Positions 25,416-37,290 of a stretch of 64,000 nucleotides of DNA are shown here, in pieces (position 1 is the stretch's first letter; every line of letters starts with the position of its first letter). The position numbers were made by a program, and so were the translations under genes. The notes beneath the pieces are model-generated. The model saw nothing but the letters and a program-made list of their open reading frames with translations. It was not told where the DNA came from and searched no databases. The stretch is from Lama guanicoe (taxonomy: Eukaryota): positions 5,630,439 through 5,694,438 of the forward strand of contig MU053561.1 of NCBI GenBank assembly GCA_013239625.1, given 5' to 3'.

Positions 25416-25661
25416 TAGCTGTTCTCAAACTCTTTGGAGTGTGTTTCACAGGAAAACATGTATTTTACATGGCAAACCAATATGTACACATTGAAACTTT
25501 ATTCTTACTGTACCCGATTCACCCCGATTTTATTTTTTTAGTTCTGGTCTCTCTCTCTCTCTTTTTTTCCTACTTCATCTAAAAAAATTGCTAGTCATGA
25601 CTCTCTAAACTTATCTCATGACCTAGTGAGTGGGTCATGTCTCAAAGTTTTGAAAACACTG
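25416..25661. mobile_element. hAT-Charlie MITE with 8-bp TSD
   Basis: Ends tagctgttctcaaac / ttttgaaaacactg; TSD ttctaaag / atctaaag. Confidence 0.8.
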
Positions 25662-25983
25662 ATCTAAAGGGGGAGTGTAAGTTACAGTCAAAGGGGAAGG
25701 CAGGGTCAACTCAGTTTCAGGGGCAACCAGAGCAGAGGAAACTAGGAACTATAAGTTCCAGGAAAGAGAGAGGCAAGGCACAAAATTCAAGATATACTTG
25801 GTGAAGCAGACAAGGGTGTTGGGAACCAGCTTCTGCAGTGACAGCTGCATACTAGCAGAGTGGGCTGGTTAGCCTAAATTACAGAGCTCAGGAAGATGAT
25901 GAAAGACCTTATATGTTATTCACTGAAGGCGTTTTGGCTTTGTTGTGGAGGCAATTAGAAGAATTAAAGAGTTTTAAATAGGC

Positions 25984-26402
25984 ATATCAGTTAGCTATTG
26001 CCAAATAACAAAGAACCCCAAAGCTTAGAGACTTAAAGCAACTTATGAGTTCTTTCATAAGTCCACTGGTTGGCGAGGCAGTTCTGCTGCTCTGAGCTGG
26101 GCTTGCATTTGAAGACAGCTGGCAAGTTGGCTGGGGCCTGGCTCATCTAGGACAACCTTGACTGTGACAACTTGGCTTTTTCTCACCTCCCTCAGCAGGC
26201 TAGTGTGGGCATGTTCTTGTGGCACTAGCAGGGTCCAAGAAAGGAAGAAACACACAAGTGCTTTTTGAAGTTTCTGCTGTGGCAAGTTTATCCTTATCCC
26301 CTTGGCCAAAGCAAGTCTAGAACCATATGGAAAGATACTATCCTGGGGTGTGGGCACAGAGTGGCATAGAAGATTGGGCCATCAGTGCAATTAATCTTCA
26401 CA
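25984..26402 (-). mobile_element. MaLR LTR (MLT1H-like)
   Basis: tatcagttagctattgc..ccccaaagcttag..ttaaagcaac...cttggccaaagcaagt...gaagattgggccat. Confidence 0.8.
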
Positions 26403-26512
26403 GTAGAGAAAAAGAGGTCAGATTTGTGTTTCAGAAAGATTGACCATTATGGATGGGAGGGACGTGAGGCTGGAGGCAAGAAAATACAAAATCAGGAGAA
26501 GGGAGTTCCTTC

Positions 26513-26990
26513 TTATATTAGTTAGGGAGTCTGCAGGGGACATATTCAAACCGTACCTCTGAGGAAAACTTAAAAATAGGATCATTACCAAGGTGCAGAC
26601 AGGGTTCAGGGAAACCGACAAGAAACAGTGTAGTACCCTGGGGGTGGCAACACTGAGGACCACTTCTCTCTTCCAGCCTGAGGTATGACTTGGCCAAGGA
26701 AGGAGTCTGGATCAGACCTGGAGAGAAGAGCTGTAGTGGAGGGGCTGCCCAACAGAAGCTATGGGCTTTGGATACAGGGTCACATAGAGCTTGCCATGAC
26801 CTTGCAAGGAGGGAACCCAGAATACGTATAAATACTCGGACCTCATACTCCCTCTGTCCTTGAGTGTGTGATCCACCTCTGGTCTTTCCTGTTAGCCGAG
26901 CACAACTAGAAACCATCCATCCAACTAGGAGTCCACTGATGTAATCCAGACAGGTGAGGAGGTGGAGGAGGATGGAGAATGCTCCCTCAT
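26513..26990 (-). mobile_element. Old ERVL-class LTR (family uncertain)
   Basis: tatattagttaggg...cagggttcagggaaaccgacaag...ccctgggggtggcaaca...gagtccactgatgtaatcca. Confidence 0.5.
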
Positions 26991-27139
26991 GAGGGTCATT
27001 CCTTAGGCCAGTGTTGTTGCTGCCTCATAGGAAATGACTTCCATGATGAGAAGTTCAAGCCAAGCCACGGGGAGAGGTGAGGGGGGCTGGAAGATGGGAA
27101 AGGGCTGGAGGCCAGTAACATGTATTAGTGTCTCAGTGC

Positions 27140-27330
27140 AAGACACTTGGCATATGTGGTATTAAGCTTTTCCAAAACCACGCGAGGTAGTTTTTAAGAT
27201 CCCCAATTTTCCAATGAGGAAACAGAATTTCAGAAAAGTGAATTACCTTAACCTCCCCAAGGCCACATTGTGAGTCTGCACAGAGCTGGTCTTTAAATCT
27301 AACGCCTCTCACCTGCACACTGGTGCTCTG
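27140..27330 (-). mobile_element. MIR SINE
   Basis: ccccaattttccaatgaggaaacaga...cccaaggccaca..agagctgg. Confidence 0.7.
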
Positions 27331-27673
27331 TTCAGATGAGCCTTTGCAGTCCCCAACTCTCACCAGGTAGGCAAATACCTTTCCAGTGAAACAGCTCTTC
27401 TAGGGACTCGTATCCTAGCCCAGGATGGCCATGGAATAGCAGAGTCTTCCAAATAGCAGGTGTCCGCTTATAAAACAGAGGGCTGAGGTTCTCACACAGC
27501 AAGCCGCTGAAATACAGGCCCCCCAATGCCCCTTCCTTTCCAAGCAGTAACATTTTTTTCTTCAGACATGAAGGAACATTAATCATTCAGAGATGATGGA
27601 CAAAATTCCCAAGGACACAGGGTTTCTCCTTTTCCTTTTGTGCCTCTTTAAAGCACATTTTTAAAATGTTGAG

Positions 27674-27780
27674 GAGAAGAATATGAAAACGAATATATGT
27701 ATGTTCATGTATGACTGAAGTATTGTGCTGTACACCAGAAACTGACACATTGTAAACTGACTATACTTCAATAAAATATT
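27674..27780 (+). mobile_element. Short L1 3' tail
   Basis: gaatatgaaaacgaatatatgtatg..tgctgtacaccagaaactgacacattgtaaactgactatacttcaataaaa. Confidence 0.85.
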
Positions 27781-27789
27781 TACTTATAT

Positions 27790-27905
27790 AAAGTTGAGCG
27801 AAATTCACATAACATAAAATTGACCATTTTCAAGAGTCCAATTCAGTAGTATTTCATACATTCATAATGTTGCACAGCCGCCAACTCTATCAAGTTCTAA
27901 ACATA
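27790..27905 (-). mobile_element. L1MB-type extreme 3' end fragment
   Basis: gaaattcacataacataaaattgaccatttt...attcataatgttgcacagcc. Confidence 0.75.
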
Positions 27906-29659
27906 CAGTGCATTTGGCCTCATATTTGGTAGATGTTTATCTACTACCCTAGATGGTTCATTTCTTGAGGCTCAGGACTATGTCTACTTCACCTGCGTAT
28001 TCTGAGAGTATCTTGTATTTCACGCCCTGCAAATTCTAGTTAAACAGAATTCCAGATACCCTCCTCCCTGTTTCCTCTTCGGAACAGCACTTTAAATTTG
28101 GCATCAGAATCTAGACCTTCTTCCTGCCCTGTACCTTCATTGTCATTGAATCAAAACAACACGCTTCATGGTAGAAAGGATTCTCTGTCCTATCTTCTTT
28201 GAAGACATCCTTTTCATCCTTTTTTCATCTGACTGTGCATTGCCCATGTGGCTATTAATTTGCATCAAGCTATGGTTAAAATTTAAATGTGCCTCCAAAT
28301 TCATATTCTGTTTCTAAGCAAACAACCAAAAATCTGAATATTGAAACTCATTAAATAATCGATTTTTCTAGGATGTCTTTTACTTTGGAGAATAGCAAAT
28401 TGTATAAATACATAAATAAGAACTAAAATCTTGGAAGCTGAGGCAGATGATATGGGTACATCTTCAGTGCAGAATTAGGGAAAAACTTGTGCATTCTGTT
28501 TTTTTGAATCGCAATTTATTAGTCAAGAGGTTAGCTTTGAAAAAAGAGGACCCTAACCTATTTTGTGTTTTCTACAAATTATCAAATGGAAAGTAAACTT
28601 TCCACTTATTGTTACAGAATTAAACTATAAATTAGACTCATTCACTATCGGCAAGCTCTGAGTTTTCTGCACTATAATTCTATACAATTTACATGCTATG
28701 CAAAGCATGCTTCACTGAATACCACCTAATACATTTGTTCTTCTTCAAAATTAGCTAAACACTGCCTTTGCTTCCATTCCATCAATCTGCCTGCAAAGGC
28801 AGCTGTAAGAACACTTGTCTGACACACACTATGGCTTCTTTGCTCCTCTTTGCCAAAAAATATATGACTGGACAATGGCAAAAAATCTGAGGGGCCTCAT
28901 TTTGCAAAAACCTGAATGATGCTTAAGGTAAGTTGGAGGAAAGATGAAAAAATAGAGGCCAAGTTTCCTGGAGGTGGAGGGTGGGACTTGGGAATAGAGC
29001 ACAGACAGAGGGACTGAATTACTTATATTGCTATGACTTGGTTTTTAATGTGCATAGGAGAAACTGACTAGATTTCAGATTAGCACTTCTTACCCCTCAT
29101 CTCATTCTAATCATCATCTCTACCTATTGGTATTATCAGAATAACTCCATTATTAAGATATGTTGGAGGGCGGTCATTGTGTCTCTGGGCTTCAGTCATG
29201 CTATTTGATGGGAAAGCACTGACATAAACAGAGGATTGTTTATACCCTTAAACCCAGACGTGCTGGGCTCCGCAGCTACCACCGAGAAACATAAGGGATA
29301 ATGCCTGAGGGCCAGGTCAAGTGAGAAAGAGCTTTGACTTCTCTCAAGCAAAACTCAGTTGCAGCAGTTTGAAAGTGCTCTCTGCAGGAGTAATTCTAAC
29401 TGGGAAAGGACCCCAGAGCTCAGTTAGGAAGCAATCAACCCCATCATCTACAGCTCTTATGCTGTGAGAACTATGGAAGCCACCTCCGTCCCACAGGCTC
29501 TCCCCAGTTCCCTGTTTATGGCTTTGAAGTCCAGAGGAAGCAAACTAACTGTTCCAGGAAGGAGCAGCATGCGACGACAGGACTTCACGTGCGGATTGAT
29601 GGGTCTGGAAGAGACATCATTTCATGGACCCCAGCCATTCGTCCCATGTGATGGAATTA

Positions 29660-29890
29660 GTAGCGTGATTTGTGCACAACAACTGAAGCTCTGTAGACAG
29701 ACAGGGCTCGAGTCCCGTCTGTGTTCGCTGTGAGAGCGTGGGTCAGCTAAGCTTTCTAAACCTCAGTTTCCTCTTCTGTAAAGTGAAGATAGGATTACTA
29801 CCCAACTTCCAGAATTATTCAAGGCTTAAAGAAAAGAAACCACGCACAGCAGCTGAGAATAAGGGTTCAGGAAATCCTAGTTACTCTTAA
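29660..29890 (+). mobile_element. MIR SINE
   Basis: gctctgtagacagacagggctcgagtcc...cctcagtttcctcttctgtaaagtg. Confidence 0.75.
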
Positions 29891-29997
29891 CTATCAGCCG
29901 CCTTAGTCTCTCCCTACTTGTCAGGACTGGGATGACCAGCCTGATTTATTTAACCCAATAAATGTCTCACCTTCCCCTATACCAGGAGAAGCCTTTG

Positions 29998-30147
29998 TTT
30001 ATTTTATTTATTTAATTTTTATTTATTTTTTTGAGGAGGGGAGGTAATTAGGTTTATTTATTTATTTTTTTCATGGAGGTACTGGGGATTGAACCCAGGA
30101 CCTCCAGCATGTTAGGCACGCACTCTACCACTGAGCTATCCCCTCCC
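29998..30147 (-). mobile_element. tRNA-derived SINE (Vic-1-like) with TSD
   Basis: Reverse SINE body; flanks gaagcctttg / gaagccctttg. Confidence 0.92.
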
Positions 30148-30439
30148 ATGAAGCCCTTTGGAAGGGCCCTAAATGCAGCTGGACTCCAGGCAGGCCCCAT
30201 GTACAGGTCTAGACTCATTTTTGAAGTATGCTAGTTTTATAATAGGGCAATACTTCAATGCATGAGCCAAGCTCCTCCAGTGTTAACACATCGCTAAGAG
30301 GTATGTATCTCTGCTCTAGATCTATAAATCTCTGACAGATTTTCTTCCTGGAAATGGGTTCGCTCTGACACCTTCCCAGGTGCATCTCCTTTTTCAGTAA
30401 AAGGAATGACGGAGATGTTTAACCTCTGTGATAGATCTT

Positions 30440-30924
30440 TACTGTAATGGCCCTCAGTGGCTTTTCCCTCCCCACACTCCTGCCTTTGGGAAGCGTCCAC
30501 CCTCATTGCCTGTGGGCTTGGCTACAGGACTTGCTTTGGCTAATAGGACATTATTAGCAAATGTGACCCAGGCAGTTGACTGAAGCAGGCTTGCACATCT
30601 GGCCCGACTCTCTTGTTACTAAGACTCTTCTGACACCTTGTAAAGGAACCCAAGATAGCCTGCTGGAGACAAGGATTTAGCTCAAGGCCAGCACCAACCC
30701 CCATAGCTACTGATGAGGCTGTTCTAAGATTATCAACAGCTCCCACCTGAGTTGTCAGCTGACCGCAGCCACATGCATGGCCCCAGGCGAAGCAAAGCCC
30801 AGGAGGGACGAGCTGAATCCAGCCCTGATTGCTGACCTCCTGAATAACAAGGAAATAAAATGGTGGTTGTTTTAAGCCACTTTGTTTGTGATATATAGAT
30901 AGATATCAATAGATAACAGGTATA
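30440..30924 (+). mobile_element. MaLR LTR (MLT1G/H-like)
   Basis: gggcttggc..gacttgctttggctaatagg..agcaaatgtgac...aataaaatggtggttgttttaagccact...aatagataac. Confidence 0.8.
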
Positions 30925-31530
30925 ACTTCAATTAAAATGTATAAATACAGTGGCAGGCGTTTTCAGCCTCTCTTCTGTGTTTCTAGCAAAGCCAGATAGA
31001 AGAAAGCATTTTATTGCTCAATAAAAGAATGTGGTTTATCGTGGCAAGTCCAGAAAGCCCGTTTATACATTTCAGTTGATTGGGAAAAATAAGACTGGAC
31101 ATGGGGTCCATGTGATTTTCAAAAAGTGTGGCAACAAAACCTTCACCTGAACACAGTGAGCATTTCTCAGTGGCAGGAGAGAGATTCACTGGCAACAAGG
31201 ACACGCCAGGCTCCTGGGAATAACGAACTCCCCGGCATCATACTGTGCGTGCAGCTCCAATTCCTCCTGACCGTTAATATGCACGATTACACATGCATTT
31301 TCAGCAGTTTTTTGAGGCACATAGATTTTCATCTGGCAAATGGATGTAACGAAGTGGCTGAATAAAACGTGGGGGACAGAGTTAGGGAATGTGGCTGCAT
31401 AACCCATACTTACGACACGGAAGTGATGGAGGAATGGACTCTAAAAGAGTCTGAAGGACTCAAAATAATGATAATAAATCCCTTCAAAGGTTTTGTTTTT
31501 AGTATTTTAAGGGAACATGTTTTGGTTTGC

Positions 31531-31638
31531 TTCTTTGTGGGGGAGGTAATTAGGTTTGTTTGTTTGTACTGGGGATTGAACCCAGGACCTCATGCATGCT
31601 AAGCACACACTCTACCACTAAGCTATACCCTCCCCTCC
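31531..31638 (-). mobile_element. tRNA-derived SINE (Vic-1-like, internally shortened)
   Basis: ggggaggtaattaggtttg..gtactggggattgaacccaggacctcatgcatgctaagcacacactctaccact. Confidence 0.9.
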
Positions 31639-31699
31639 CAAAGATTGTTTTAAAATTTTAATTTAAATGCTACAAAAGGTAGCAAGGCCATTTATTTTC

Positions 31700-32145
31700 C
31701 CACCCCACTTACTGTCCCTTCTTCTGGCATCGCACCTCAGCTCCGCATTGCGGCAGCCAGCCCTCCTCTCTGCACAGCCCATGTGCTTGGAGTGAAATGC
31801 TGGCTCCCCAGATCGGGCGTGTGGCCGAGGTTAAGCCACATTCTAGCGGCCCAAAGATGGTCACATGACCCGCCTGAGCCAATGAAATGCCCTCAGGCTT
31901 CTGGGATTGGGGCATGCACTCTGCTTTGCCGGAAGCTGAGAGCTGCTGCTGCTCTTGCTTACTATGTGCAGTGGTGCAAGACTGCCATCCGAGGTGGACC
32001 TTTGCTTGAGATCTGAATCCAGCCTTATCCAAAACCATGCTTACCCCCAGGACGTTTCATTTATAGAAGCCAATAAATCTCATTTTTGCTTAAGTCTATT
32101 TGGATTAGATTTCCTGTCACTTGCAACCAAGAGAGCACTAATTAT
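31700..32145 (+). mobile_element. Old LTR (MLT1K/L-like)
   Basis: ggtcacatgacc...agccaataaatctc.ttttgcttaag..tttcctgtcacttgcaaccaagagagcactaat. Confidence 0.75.
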
Positions 32146-33699
32146 GCATCCCTTATCAGATTTTTCACCTATAAAACAGGAGAATTCTGCTAGAAGATAC
32201 TATCTATCTGCAGCCTGTAATTCTGATCTTAAGAGAATAATTGGGGGAGTAGAAGCCTAATACTATTCTGAAGCAAAACAGGTATTTCCTGTTAAACTGC
32301 ATTCCATGCTTGTAATCAATTCAATACAATTTATCGAGTGCCCACTCTACTTTAAGTACATGTCATTTCTCCCTTTCTGCATCACCGTGGAAGGTAAACG
32401 TGGATAATCACCTTGACTGCCATTTACTTCAGGGGTCGAAATGTGCCCTTGAGCATGATATTGGCAACTGATTAGAATCCAGTAGCAGAAAAAGCAATTA
32501 GAGGGAGAAAAGTGCATGATCATTTTTTAAGTAGCATTTGTTTGACCTGTGTGAATGTAGCCCATACCTTTATAAATATCGTCCAATATTATGTTTTTAA
32601 CTAGAGCTATGCAGGCATAAAATATTCTTGTCTTGCAATTTTTCCATTAACTTGAACATACTGGGAAAGCTTAGCCACAATGAAGTACTGAAAATGCCAA
32701 GGAAATTAATGGCTTTGTGCTGTACCACTGAAACATGTCCACTGATATTTAAAATCCCGCGTCCCAGGACATCACTCATATCTGCTGACTTAAGCTGAAC
32801 GGCCAGGATCTGCGAGGTGGATCAGGCCATTTCTCAAGTCTCTCCCTGTTGGGTATTTGTTTTTCTCTCTCTCTCTTCCCTTTCTTTTCTCCCTCCCTCT
32901 GTTCTTTTCCCCTACCTCATTCCCAGTTTCCTGGGATTCATCGAGAATGGTACTCAAAAGAGATCAAAAAAGGTTTATACATATGGAATAGGTTACCATT
33001 TGTCAGGATATATTTCATATTTCATAGGGAAAAAAAAGCCCAGATGTACTAAATATCCATGTCTCATTTAAAATATTCATGGGATATCTACATTTATTGC
33101 CCTAGAAATCCATAGTTTTCAATGTCTTTGAGGCAAAGCTCACAGGCCATGTGCGACATTCATGCGATCGTACATCAACGTCACATCTGAGAACAGCAGT
33201 CTGAGGCCTCCCCACTCCTGCCATCCCTTAGATGACATCTGTCACAGAAGGCAGAGTCTCGGTGCCAACCAGGCCATGCACTGACCTACTGAGGACCCTC
33301 ACATGTCTTTTGTGCCACCTCACGTCACTAGGAGCACCGGTACATACAGTATTCTTTGTTGCTGAAAATAAGGGCACAGTCTTACACAGAGATTGATCAT
33401 TCATGTATTGCTTCATGTCTGCTTTATAAGGTCCTCACCTCACTTCTCCACAAACATGGGTTAGGAACTCAGTACGTGCCAGGCACTGAGATAGGCCCTG
33501 GAAATATTTACCTGCTACACCACCTCACCTTTATCTTAAAACACCTGCCACTAATCTCATGCCCGACCCCACCCGAACCACAGGAATGACACCGGCACAG
33601 CTACAGCCGAAAGACTTCCCCTCTCACTTGTGCTTCTCCACCTGACTCTCGTCTCTGGAGGTCAAAGCCTCATTCAGGAGTCTCAGTCCCTCACTTTCT

Positions 33700-34390
33700 C
33701 TTGCACTTACCGCATCCAGTGTTCCAACGATCCACCAAGTCTGACCATTTAGCTGCCTCCTTAACCGACCTCAAGTCGACAAGCCGATCCTGACCCTGGC
33801 TCAGTCCTCAGAATCTCTCAGTGACTCTCCCTCAGGAAGCTCCAACTGCAATTCATTCGTGTGCTGCTGCCAGAGCGAATTTTCTAAAATACAAATTTGA
33901 TCCATCACTTCTAGGCTTACAGACCTCCCATGGCCCCTCCCTGCCTGGAGGACCAACTCCCATCTTCCCTCCATGACAACGTCCCTCCAACCGGCGCCTC
34001 CCACTTCTCCAGCCTCCTCTCTCATCCTTTCCCCTCCACAGGGGCTGTGACTGCGATGTTCTCTGGTCCTCAGAAGCCCTTCTCTGCCTTCTCTGCTTAG
34101 AGACCTACTACTTTCTGCTCATCCTTCAAGAGTCAGCTCAGGGTCACCTTGTGAGGCCTCCCCTGGTTTCTCCAGGTACTTGTTATGCTCTTCTCTGTTC
34201 TCCCAGAGTCCTTGAGGCTTTTTCTCCAGCTTGTTTCATACCCAGCCATGATGACTCTGTTACATGTCAGTCTGCACTCTCAGCCTGTGAGCTCCTAACG
34301 TATCTTTTTCTGCCTGGATTCCCAGTAAGCCGCACTGGAGTGCATTCCACACTCCCTTGGTGCTGTGTGGGAGGTAGAAAAATAGAAAGC
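33700..34390 (+). mobile_element. L2 LINE fragment
   Basis: ctgctgccagagcgaattttctaaaatacaaatttgatcc...tcatccttcaagagtcagctcagggtcacc. Confidence 0.8.
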
Positions 34391-34639
34391 ATGCTTCCTG
34401 TCCACCCCCGCCCTCCAGTCAAAAAAAATAAGATATGTGTACTATTTGTGAAAAATTAACTAGCCATGTGTGGTAAGAATCAGAGGCCAGTGAGTGATAT
34501 AGTGTCACAGATTGACGAGAAGAGAGAAATTATTTGGAAATGGGGAGTCAAGGAAGGATGTGATTCAGAGCTTGGAGAGCTGTCCTTCAGCAGGTAGAGA
34601 GGAAGAAGAGTTGGGACACAGAGGAAAAGAGAAAGATCA

Positions 34640-35160
34640 TGAGCCACAGGGCAGAGGCAAGAAAACACAGGGCATGCTCAGGGTTGGGAGGGGTGGAGCT
34701 GGGAGGACCAGGCCGTGAACATGAAAGGCCAAGTTCAGGCTCAAGAACACGGACTTTCTCCTGCAGGCAACTGAAAGGTTTTGCCTAAGGGAGGAATGGT
34801 TGAAAATTACATTTTAGGATTCATTAGCAGGACGGGCTAAGATTAGAAAAACAAGTTAGGAAGCTGTTACACAATCCATGTTTGAGGGGATGTGGTCTTA
34901 TCCACGGAAGTGACAAAGAGAATTAGAAAGATAGGTAGAGAATAATCTTGAGGATGGAGTTGAATGGCCAGGGTGCCTCCTCAGGTAGGAAGGAAGAGAC
35001 AGAGATGACCCAGAGACTCTAAGTCAGGGAGGAAAAAAGGATAAAAGTTAATGGGAAGACTGTAGTTTGAGAGGAGATAGTGAATTTTGTTCAAGACTAG
35101 CTACATTTGAGAGAGCTGTGGGATATCTGACAAGAAACGTCCAGCAGGCAACGGGAGATT
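34640..35160 (-). mobile_element. L2 LINE fragment
   Basis: agttaggaagctgttacacaatcca...tgaattttg..catttgag..gtgggatatct..gtccagcaggca. Confidence 0.7.
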
Positions 35161-35179
35161 AAAGACAACGTTGTGTCTT

Positions 35180-35400
35180 GGTGGGGAGCAGAGGTCTAGC
35201 CAGACTGGGTTTGAATCCTGGTCACACCAGTGACCACTAGACCAGTGGTTTTAGTCTCTGTTATCTAACAAGGGACGTGATGGTAGTACTTATCTCATAG
35301 GGCAGTGGGAGGCTAAATGAGATAATGGACATACAGCACCCCTCACACACCATGTCTGACACATGGTAAGGGCTCAGTAAATATTGGTCATTATCATTGA
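35180..35400 (+). mobile_element. MIR SINE
   Basis: agccagactgggtttgaatcctgg...tacttatctcatagggc..taaatgagataatg..acacatggtaagggctcagtaaatatt. Confidence 0.85.
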
Positions 35401-35429
35401 TAACTAAAATTGATCAAAATTCTTTAGAG

Positions 35430-35610
35430 TGCAGAAAATATTTTTATTCACTTTTCCCAACAATGATGTAAGGTAACAATTATGTGATTATTATTATCCC
35501 ATTTTAGAGCAAGGAAACCATAGCTCAGCAAGGTTAACTTAACTAAGAGGCAAGAGAGCAAAAACTCAAATCCAGGTTTTCTACACCCAGTCCCATGCTA
35601 TGCTTCTAAA
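35430..35610 (-). mobile_element. MIR SINE
   Basis: attattattatcccattttagagcaaggaaac..gctcagcaaggttaa..ctcaaatccagg. Confidence 0.75.
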
Positions 35611-37109
35611 CCTGCTGATTAGTCTGATTTAGATGGGGGATGAGAGAGAGATGGAAGGGGCCAGCCACACAACCTCTAAGCACCACATTTCAGGACTGGG
35701 TTTTGATGTAAGGGTCTTATTGCCACAGTGATAATCCTACTTGAAACATACCAAAGCTGTCAAGTCCAGTGAGTAGTCAATCCTTCGAGAGGAGGATCCT
35801 TGAAGGTTATTTAGTCTCTGCCAAGCGTTTGTTTGGCTTCAGTACTCCACCGGCCACCTCACCCCCGCCAACCTCCCAAGGCCCTGGTATATATTAGGAG
35901 ACAGGTCTTCTCCTTTAATTTAGAACACAGAATGCTAATAACAGTCTGATACCTGTCAGCAAGAATCTCACCTGGCTGGAACAGCTGCCAATAAATGTCA
36001 CATTTCAAGTGATTCCTCCAACATTAAAAAGATTGGGACATTGTGTTGAAGATGAAACTGACAACGAGTTTCTGCCTGGTAGTTGTGAAGATGGTTATGA
36101 CTGACCCCTTTCTGTCTTTGAATTGCTGCTTAGCTTTCTATCTGGACATATGGAAAGAAGAATTCTTTGGGGACATTGCCAGATGAAGCTGGCTTACCTT
36201 GGGTTCCTGAACGGACGGTATGTCTAAGAATAGACTCCAAGGGGAGAGGCAAGAGAGCTGAGTGGAGCCATAAGAACTGGGTATTTTGTTCACTTTTTCC
36301 AATAATTCTTTTGGTTTAAGAAGTGAATAAGGTCATTGCATAATGCCATACAGAATGAATATTGAAGAGGCCTGGAGAAATGATAGGCACTTTTGAAAAA
36401 GCTCTATTATTAAAAGAATGTAAGGAATGAGATGGCCAAATCATATTTTTCCACAAAAGTATCAGGGTAAGAGGCTGGCCTGCTGATTTTATGAAAGGTG
36501 AAGATAGGAAATTTCAAATCCTAAGCCTACCTTGCAATGCTGATTGCATCATGGCCAATGGCACTTTTAAAATTATTTCCTTGCCACTTTTCCCACATCT
36601 ATAAAAAGGAGTTAATCAAGGGTGTTGCTGAGGTTTAATTAGTTAATAGGGCAAAGTGCTTTGAAGACAAAATGAAAATTATAACTATCCACGGTTAAAT
36701 CCTCTTTTAATAAATGTGGGGTTGAAGTTGAGAGTTAAATCATATTGTCCCAAAATAGCTTGGGGAAGATGAAGGTGGTTTCACATTGACAGATAACTTT
36801 CCCCGACTACACAGATATTGCAGTTGGGGGAAAAACTGATAGGACCCTCTTCTTGGGCTTTTCAGAATTTTGTTGAGAGGAACAAGAGGAAACAGTTTCC
36901 ATCAGTGAAGGAAAACTTGAAAATCTAAAGAGAACTAAAAATGGATACAAGTTTTTGTAGTGACTCTCCACTCCCCACTCCACACCCTGCAGGATAATCC
37001 AGCCATGAACTCAACGTGAGCCTGGAGCTCACTCTGATCAAAGAGCTCCCCTCAGATCAGAGTTGTGGGTGCGGTGCTGTCAAACAGACAATGGAAGGGA
37101 GTGGAGAGA

Positions 37110-37290
37110 GGCTGTGGTATTGTTAGCTGGGCTTAGTCCCAGGTCGACCTCAACTCTTCCTAGATGTGTGACGCTGAGCAGGTAACTTTACTTCTTGGGT
37201 CCTTGGTTTCTTCCTCTGTGAAACGGGATCATTCCTTCCTTCTTGGATGACACGAGGAGAAATTGAAATCACTGGTATGAAGTACCTGGC
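37110..37290 (+). mobile_element. MIR SINE
   Basis: ttcctagatgtgtgacgctgagcagg..ttggtttcttcctctgtgaaacggga. Confidence 0.65.

Noticed and set aside
28925..28934. Perfect donor AAG|GTAAGT (also isolated donors near 33705, 42842 and 43505)
   Set aside because: No convincing paired acceptor was found, and isolated donor matches are common by chance.
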